The position numbers were made by a program, and so were the translations under genes. DNA of 42,956 bases, from NCBI RefSeq assembly GCF_001194135.2, contig NC_068981.1:163131552-163174507 (forward strand), written 5' to 3'. The notes under the pieces were generated by a model that was given only the letters and a program-made list of their open reading frames with translations, made no database searches and was not told the DNA's origin. The DNA comes from Octopus bimaculoides (Eukaryota). Positions 35,535 to 42,956 of the stretch are shown one piece after another. The first letter of the stretch is position 1. Every line of letters begins with the position of its first letter.

Positions 35535-35750
35535 TAAGGCAGCGAGCTGGTAGAATCGTTACCACATCAGGAAAAATGCTTAGCGGCATTTCTTCTGACT
35601 TTACGTTTTGATTTCAAATACTGCTACGGTTGATTTTGCCTTTCATCCTTTTGAGGTTGATAAAATAAGTATCAATTGAACATCGGGGTTGATGTAGGTG
35701 ACTAATCCCTTATCCCCAAATTGCTGGCCTTGTGCTAAAATTGGAAATCG
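35535..35750 (+). mobile_element. SINE family A, full-length copy
   Basis: aaggcagcgagctggtagaatcgtta...aaaatgcttagcggcatttc...ttttgcctttcatccttttgaggttgataaaataagta...ccaaattgctggccttgtgctaaaattggaa. Confidence 0.85.
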
Positions 35751-37188
35751 ACATATAATATAGTATAGTATGGATATTAGTTATCCTTTACTGGTGTCAC
35801 TTATGATGAGCAAGAATCAGGCAAAGAAAAACTACAAAACCAGACTAAATCCACACATATATCTTTTTACAGGTTTCAGTCAAATATCTGTGGCCTTGTT
35901 TTCTTGAGAATGTGTACTTGATAACAGTAACCCCAGAACATATTTTAACTTCAGAGGGATTAAGTTTAGCCTATGTTGATCCTAATTTAGCAGATATAGT
36001 CAGCTTTGACTAACCCATCTGCTTTCTATGTGAAGGAAATTCACAGCTAGGTTATTCAATAGTCATTTTTCTAGGACTGGAGGGTGTGATTTGGAGGATT
36101 TTGGTTGATATCTGTAGCAAATTTAACAGGCTCTCCTTTCCCTGCTGATCTGTCCAAGCCCATTCTCTTGGCTGTGGTTTCGCTACACAGTAGATTGGGT
36201 CTCCCTTCTTGGCTCATTATAGACCAGTGTTTTAACTAGAAAAAGGATTGCCTCAATCAATTTTAAAAAAGAATAAAAAAATTGTCAACAGCACCTTGAC
36301 AATAAAATGCCTATGTCTTATTTCCCACCAGCAAATGGTATGGCTTTTATGTCTATAACTAAGACAGTTAACTTTCAATAGGTCAGAGTGAGTATCTAGC
36401 CATGGAATAAATGCACTCAATAGAATACAACACTGGCAGGATATAATTGAGACAGCAGAAGGCAGTGTACAGTTGGCAAGTGTCTCCACTAGCTTGCTGT
36501 GCTGTGCTAAAATCTTCATATGTACAATGCTTAAAGAGGTAACTGGACAAACAAAGCTGACCCATTCCCTCCCTCACCTGAGATGATAAATCAACTATGC
36601 GAAAAACAAAGTGATGCCAGTATGGGTGCATGGGTATGAGACATGGGGAAATTATGCACAAACCCCAGCCCCCTACTTTCACCAGTGGTCCTCTGCATAA
36701 ATAATTTAATTTTTACATTTATCAGAGAGAGTAAGAGTAAGCAAGAAACAAAGAACAGGAAAAGGGAATGAGAGAAAAAGTGAAGAAATATCAGAGAGTT
36801 AATGGTACATTAAAAAAAAACAAACAAACATTTGTAACAGTTTGAACAAATATAAATATTTAGGACTACATGGAAGGAGAATAACAGCACACTACTACAA
36901 TTTAATAATGATACTACAGAGGAAAAAATTCTTAGTTCCAAGTCTTGTCAACATTTAATTCCATTTTTTAGAGGCTAGGTTCTGGTTTCATTAATTACCC
37001 AATATTAGGCAGAAAACTGTAAAATGTTGGACTGTATAAATGCCTCGTAGTATTTGGTTACACTACTCTATGGGTTCTGAGTCCAAAATCCAGAAGAAAT
37101 TAACTACTCCTTTCACCCTTTCAGAATGAAGAAGATGGAATGATTAGGATAAGACTAATAATACTGTAGCTAATGTAATCAACCAGAT

Positions 37189-37452
37189 CAGGGGTTTTCA
37201 AACTTTTTGACTTGCAGACCCCTTTATATTTCAGACTTTACCCTTATAAACGCTTATGAAATTTTTTCATAAATATTTGCTTAAAATAACATATATTTTT
37301 ACATTTATTTATTTAACCGTATTTAACAAATAGGTTTATTGTCAATTAAAAGATTTCTATTAAAAAACATGTATAAAATCAAATTGCCCATAAAAAGTAT
37401 TTGCTGTCCACGGACCCCCTGTGGTCCGCGGACCACAATTTGAAAACCCCTG
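37189..37452. mobile_element. hAT (Charlie-type) MITE, 264 bp
   Basis: TIRs caggggttttcaaact / aatttgaaaacccctg; 8-bp TSD aaccagat / aactagat (1 mismatch). Confidence 0.9.
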
Positions 37453-38650
37453 AACTAGATGACACCCATACCCATCCACTGATGGATATGCTATATTGTG
37501 TGTGAATATGAGGAATTCTAATTTAATCCAAATTATATAATTGTGTGGATTATGTGAATGTAAACAGTTTACATACACTATGTCACGACCGTCACCGTCA
37601 CTACAGTTGTCAACATCATGATCATCATCACATTATATTTTCTATGCTCGAAGCATCAGAGCCTCTTTACAGTAGGGACTGGGTGCATGTGAACATGTCA
37701 CTAGTCAAGTTACCTGAAGCAGGATGAGAGGGACCTCTCTATTCTGTATCAGTTTTTATTCAGACTTACAGTCCTTCCTCTGTGTGCATGCATGTATGTG
37801 TATCAATCACTGCCTTAAATGCATGCACACACACATTATATTAATGAACGCAATAACAATTTGTTACATATTTATTTGCACAAAATTGCAAATCTATATT
37901 TGTAAGGGCACCGCCAATTGGTTAGATTCCAGGTATATCGCTAATACTTACTTATTGGTACCAGAAGGATGTAAAGGCAAAGTTGGCTCTGACAAGACTT
38001 TACGTTAAGGTTTTAATCAAATTTGTACTGTCTGCACTCCTTTAGATTTTCTCATAACTTGCTTTCTTTAGTTTCTACTAAGGTACCAAAGGAAGTGGAT
38101 ATGCCATTTTTCTGAACTGCGCCAAGTGAGCTTCACTAGACCAACTTGAAATAAAAAATTATGTCCTTGACCATAGTCCTGCTCAGCCAGTGCTAATCTG
38201 GGACTAAGTAACACGTGGAAGTGTCTTAAAAATGAAAGTCTTGAGTTAAAAATGCATATTTCGGTACATACTTAAGTTAATGGGTTTCATATATTAGTTA
38301 AATTAACACCACCACCATTATTTCAGTATCAAATTTAATATTTCTCTGCACTGCTCTCATTTATTTGCAAGCTTCACTAGTGACTAATTTAATCATATCC
38401 ACAATGATAAAGGATTTTGTAGGGAGGAGACTTACCATTTATTTCTTTTTAGTGTTAAGAACTTGTACTAATTATCCAGTGTAAAATGAAACTGTTTCAT
38501 TAAATTGGGAAACTAAATGAAGCTATATCATTAAAAAAAAAGAACGCAAAAAAAAAAAAGAAATAAAATGAAATTAACCAATCTCTGAATAATGAATAAA
38601 TGTATAATTATACACATACATACACACTATATATATATATATACACAAAC

Positions 38651-39320
38651 ACTAGCAGCTAAGCCCGGTTTCAGCCGGTCGGTTTGGATGATGTAGCTGT
38701 AAAACCTGCTCTGTGTAAGCATTCAACTTGTTTGGGCACACTTACGTTAAAAAAACAATTTTAGAATGACTTCTTTCTGTCAAAACGCTAAAAATAAATG
38801 ACCAACAAAAAAAAAAAAACATCAAGATTCAACCAAATCAAAAAATAAACCCAAGTACTAAGCAAAGATGAATCGTCCCACTTCCATTGCACGTGCACAT
38901 ACATTTGCATACCCCCTTTTACATACACACATATATTCACACAGAGTTGAAATGCTGTTTGATTTATTTTTTTCAGCATACAATTTTCATCATCCCACTA
39001 CCAAATATAACATCATCCCTTCCTTCCTTATTCATCTACCACCTCTCATTGGAAAGTTCTAAGCTCCTTCAAACCTTTACCAAACCACTTGAGAGTGACT
39101 CTGGGTCTATGATAAACAATGAAAAAAACCTCTTGTTTTAAAGTATTCTTGTTTTCAACTAACATTTTATGCAAGAACTATTTTATTTTTTTGCTAAATT
39201 TCATTAATTCCAAACATTTAATAATGTTTATTAATAAGTTGGCTGTTTTAATAAATCCCTTTCAAATTTTTGTCTATTTTCGGAGTTAACTGAAACACAT
39301 AAGCGATACATTTAATTAGA
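38651..39320 (+). mobile_element. Possible Helitron/Helentron-like non-autonomous element
   Basis: Begins actagcagctaagcccggtttcagccggtc (ACTAG followed by a CCGGT-TTCA-GCCGG hairpin), just after (TA)n. 3' boundary uncertain. Confidence 0.3.
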
Positions 39321-39710
39321 AATGTGGTCACAAAAGCATTAAGCCCAGTAATACACTAATGAAATCAACACTACTGTTAATACTACCAATCTAATACTAC
39401 ACTATAATTAACACTACCAATCAGCAAGTAAACCAGCTGCCGAATAGGATGATGATTCATATTTCATAACCAGCTGCAATTTATGATGCATATCATTGAA
39501 TAGAAAGAAACATTTAGCTATGGATATTCCAGTACACCTAATCACAAACACTGACCATTAGAGCAAAAAGGAGTATGCACACCACTCTGTTACAAAGAAT
39601 GTTTGAGTTAAGATGTTCATGTTGAACATTAACTACATCAATCTCCTTGGTGTGGGATGACTTGTAAAAGTCACGGATATTGTCCAAATGTCTCTGATTC
39701 TCTAATTTAA

Positions 39711-39969
39711 CCCTTTAGCATTTAAGCTGGACATATCTGGCCCAAATATTCTACCTGTATTTTGAAGCTGACCAGATCCACTTACCCTACAATGTTAATC
39801 TAAAATTAAACAATCACATCTTCAAAATCTTGAAGCTACCAGACAATATAGGATTAATTTAAAATATAAGATTAATTAAAAAAAACGTAAATAAATAAAC
39901 ATTGATTAATTCTAAAAAATGTGAATAAATAAACATTATCTTTGATGAACTAATTTGATTGTTAAAGGG
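39711..39969. mobile_element. piggyBac-type MITE copy with an internal short duplication
   Basis: TTAA|CCCTTTAGCATT...GTTAAAGGG|TTAA; gattaatt..aaaaa.gt.aataaataaacatt occurs twice at about 39868-39935. Confidence 0.85.
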
Positions 39970-40420
39970 TTAACAGAAAAATAAAAGGTACTGTACAACT
40001 GAAACTAACTATAGACAAACATTTTTTAAGATACAATACATCTTAAAAATGTTGTTCTTTTTGTTTAGTTCCAGGTGAGCCCTGATCAAACAGACCAAAC
40101 CTGTAATCAAATGTCACAGTGATCACAAAAACAAATGCTAGTTCAGAGATGTGGTTGTTATTCCTAACAGATAGACTGACCACATAAAGCACCTTCATCC
40201 CTCAATTCTGTCATACTTATTCTCCCATAACAGCCATCACCACCATCATATAAGAATGGCTGGAAGGTATCAATGCACTGCACAATGAGAGCTTCAAAAT
40301 GCTGTTGCTAGCTTTACTGTACTAGTTGTAGGCCTACACGTCTATTCTGTCCAACTATGAACTGGATGGAGAGCTTATGTAGATGAGTGATAACTTAGCC
40401 TTGGCCATCAACATCTAGAT

Positions 40421-40615
40421 CAGTGTTACGCAAACGTGGGTGAACCCTCATGGCCAGTCAGTCTTTAAAAAACAATTCTATTGTAGTTTTATAATTAAAT
40501 ATTATTCGGAATTGTTAATTTTAAAAATTGTTAAAATATTTTGTGTACTGTAGAAGTTTATTGTACTTAAATTTTACCAGCAAAATCTTATATGGACCCT
40601 GGTTGAGAACCACCG
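40421..40615. mobile_element. hAT MITE, 195 bp
   Basis: Imperfect TIRs cagtgttacgcaaac / ggttgagaaccaccg; 8-bp TSD atctagat / acctagat. Confidence 0.8.
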
Positions 40616-40982
40616 ACCTAGATGAAATCTCAACTGAAAACACCAAGTGCTAGAACCGATACTAATGTGCTAATAATTCCATTAACCCACTGCACTGGAC
40701 TGGTACTTAATGTATTGACCTCAAAAAGATGAACATTGATCTCAGAAGGATGTTGAAGTGCAGAATGAATATGACTCAGCATTCACTCACCCATTTTCCT
40801 CTTCCTAAGACGAAACTCACACATTCAATCATCATTTTTTTCTTATATTGCTTTACTAAGAAATATAAAGTATTTAAAAGGTTAAATTAGCACACACAAG
40901 TGTGCAGACACATAAAAACATTTAAATATTCATCAAGCCTTCAGTAGTAGTATTATGTCATTAATGTATATCTTACTCCAGA

Positions 40983-40983
<1 letters not shown>

Positions 40984-41040
<57 letters not shown>
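40984..41040. repeat. (TG)n microsatellite
   Basis: Pure TG run. Confidence 0.97.
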
Positions 41041-41042
<2 letters not shown>

Positions 41043-41883
41043 ACGCGCACACGCGCACACGCATGCACATGTGTGACAGAGTACATACTCTCTTGGGATT
41101 TAATGCATCACATCCATATACCAACGCTGCACACACAAATATGCATAGAATTGATACATGGATATGATGTGTAAAATCCCAAGAGATAATCAATTCATGC
41201 AAAGAATATGGGGAAAAGCAAAAAAGCAACAACAAAAAAAAAAAGATTTCTCATAATAGAATTTATAGATTGAAGTTTCCATATTTCCATGCGAATGTCA
41301 CTGTTGACATATAACACTGCTGGTAGGAACAGGAAATTTAGGTTGTCTTCTACACTAAATATTATCAGATGCTATAACCTATACACACATACACAAAAAT
41401 GCCGGCATGTACACACTCATATATAGTCATGGAAAAACTGCATATTTTTATGGTTTAATGTTCAATTTTCAAATGCTCAATAAACACACGATAGTAATGG
41501 TGATAGTTTCGAGGAATTAACTGTAGTTGTTAGTCTATGATATATGTGTAAATAAGTAGTCTTTTGTAACTTGTTACAAACACTTAGTGTAGGAGATAGC
41601 TATAGGTAGATATTAACCTCTTTCTCCTTGTCTCCTGTAAAGGTTTATGTGACAGAAAGAGATAGTAGCAATGACGGAAAGTGAATTAGGAAAAACATAG
41701 CAGGGAGCATAAGCTAGCTTATATCCACCCTACTAATAATTCAACATATACATGTGTGTGTGTGTGTGTGTGTGTAAATACACTCAAGTAAAAAAGGAAA
41801 TGCCAAAAAGTTATGGAGACGTGAAATCAAGCATTTTGAACAGGGGATTTCTTTGAAGAGTATAATATTCTTCTGAAATATTA

Positions 41884-42207
41884 GGCTTCTGAACCAAATG
41901 GTTCTGAGTTCAGTACTATTGTGTGGTACCTTGAAAAAATGTTTTTCACTACAACACCAGGCCAACCAAAGCCTCAAGAGTGGATTTGGTAGATGGAAGC
42001 TGAAGTCTATCATGTGTGTGTGTGTGTGTGTGTGTAAATAGATACATCACATAACATGCACCTGTGTTAGTGCCACATAAACACCCAGTACACACTGTAA
42101 AGTGGATGGCATTAGGAAGGGCATCCATAGAAATCATGCCAAAATCAACAAACGGAGCATGGAGTAGCTCTCTGGGTTGCCAGCTCTTGTCAAAACTATC
42201 CAAATCA
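41884..42207 (+). mobile_element. SINE family B with tail type 3
   Basis: ggttctgagttcagt...gtggtaccttg...gagtggatttggtagatggaagctgaag, (TG)n, then gtgccacataaacacccagtacacactg...ttaggaagggcatcc. Confidence 0.75.
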
Positions 42208-42422
42208 ACCTCAGTACTTCTTTTATTGATTATTGTATGTATGTATGTATGTATGTATGATGCATGTATGTATGTATGCATGCATGCATGTATATTCTAA
42301 TGTATTTGTTTTGCAAGATTCCTGATGTGATATTTGTGTTTTGAAACAGATATCATATTTATAAATGGTCATATTTTTTTATGCCAATTAACAATGCCTG
42401 TGCTTAATTGGTAAAAAAAAAA

Positions 42423-42730
42423 GAAGTGGCTGTGTAGTAAGCAGCTTGCTTACCAACCACAAGATTCCAGGTGCAGTCCCATTGTGTGGCACCTTGGGAA
42501 AGTGTCTTTTGCTATAGCCTTGGGCCGGCCAAAGCCTTGTGAGTGGATTTGGTAGGTGGAAACTGAAAGCCCATCGTGTATACATATATATATCTTAGTG
42601 GTTCAGCAAAAGCGACCAATAGAATACGTACTGGGCTTACAAAGAATAAGTCCTGGGGTCAATTTGTTTGACTAAAGGTGGTGCTCCAGCATGGCCACAG
42701 TCAAATGACTGAAACAAGTAAAAGAAAAGA
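42423..42730 (+). mobile_element. SINE family B with tail type 1, low divergence
   Basis: gtggctgtgtagtaagcagcttgcttaccaaccac...gtggcaccttgggaaagtgtc...gaataagtcctggggtcaatttgtttgactaaaggtggtgctccagcatggccacagtcaaatgactgaaacaagtaaaagaaaaga. Confidence 0.9.
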
Positions 42731-42840
42731 ATCTTCAAATATAACAAGGTGTTTGTGTGTGTGTGTCTCTTTATCTGTGTTAGTCCACTTCAGCATAAAA
42801 ACAGATGTAAAATGAAAATATATATATATATATATATATA

Positions 42841-42956
42841 TCATCAACATCATCATCATCATCATCGTCATTTAACGTCCGCTTTCCATGCTAGCATGGG
42901 TTGGACGATTTGACTGAGGACTGGTGAAACCAGACGGCTACACCAAGCTCCAATCT
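42841..42956 (-). mobile_element. SINE tail type 3, 3' end (runs off the window)
   Basis: (cat)n...tttaacgtccgctttccatgctagcatgggttggacgatttgactgagg. Confidence 0.85.

Noticed and set aside
40018-40053. 14-bp AT-rich hairpin
   Set aside because: Low-complexity A/T stem expected by chance; too short for a miRNA precursor and no TSD.
42423-42500. tRNA-like A/B boxes in SINE heads as tRNA genes
   Set aside because: I could not build a complete cloverleaf, and each head is joined to SINE core and tail sequence.
24-42585. Most ORFs in the supplied track (HTHT, YIYI, CVCV, ERER, SLSL and poly-X peptides)
   Set aside because: They are translations of microsatellites, N gaps or SINE sequence, with no domain-like content.

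Overview
AT-rich, repeat-dense eukaryotic DNA with six assembly gaps (1722-1793, 3317-3724, 16344-16416, 22800-23230, 30404-30711, 34862-35037). The repeat families match what I recall from octopus (octopod cephalopod) genomes; this is an inference from memory, not a database hit. I recognise no host protein-coding gene, rRNA, true tRNA or CRISPR array, and the supplied ORFs are almost all microsatellite, N-gap or chance readings. The window contains: (i) many copies of tRNA-headed SINEs, family A next to (ATT)n runs (including a six-copy head-to-tail array) and family B with three interchangeable tails; (ii) a third dispersed repeat, family E; (iii) three decayed non-LTR retrotransposon coding fragments: Tx1/L1-like zf-RVT, an RTE C-terminus, and an R4/Dong-like CCHC plus restriction-like endonuclease; (iv) piggyBac-type (TTAA) and hAT-type (8-bp TSD) MITEs, and a Helentron-type non-autonomous element nested inside a MITE; (v) long microsatellites. 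The most notable signal is a type I hammerhead-ribozyme-like fold at 16103-16237 (+), closed by a 34-bp stem, plus two decayed hammerhead-like motifs (4741-4777 and about 27495-27537). A few splice-site-bounded short segments on the minus strand hint at a large host gene, but this is weak.
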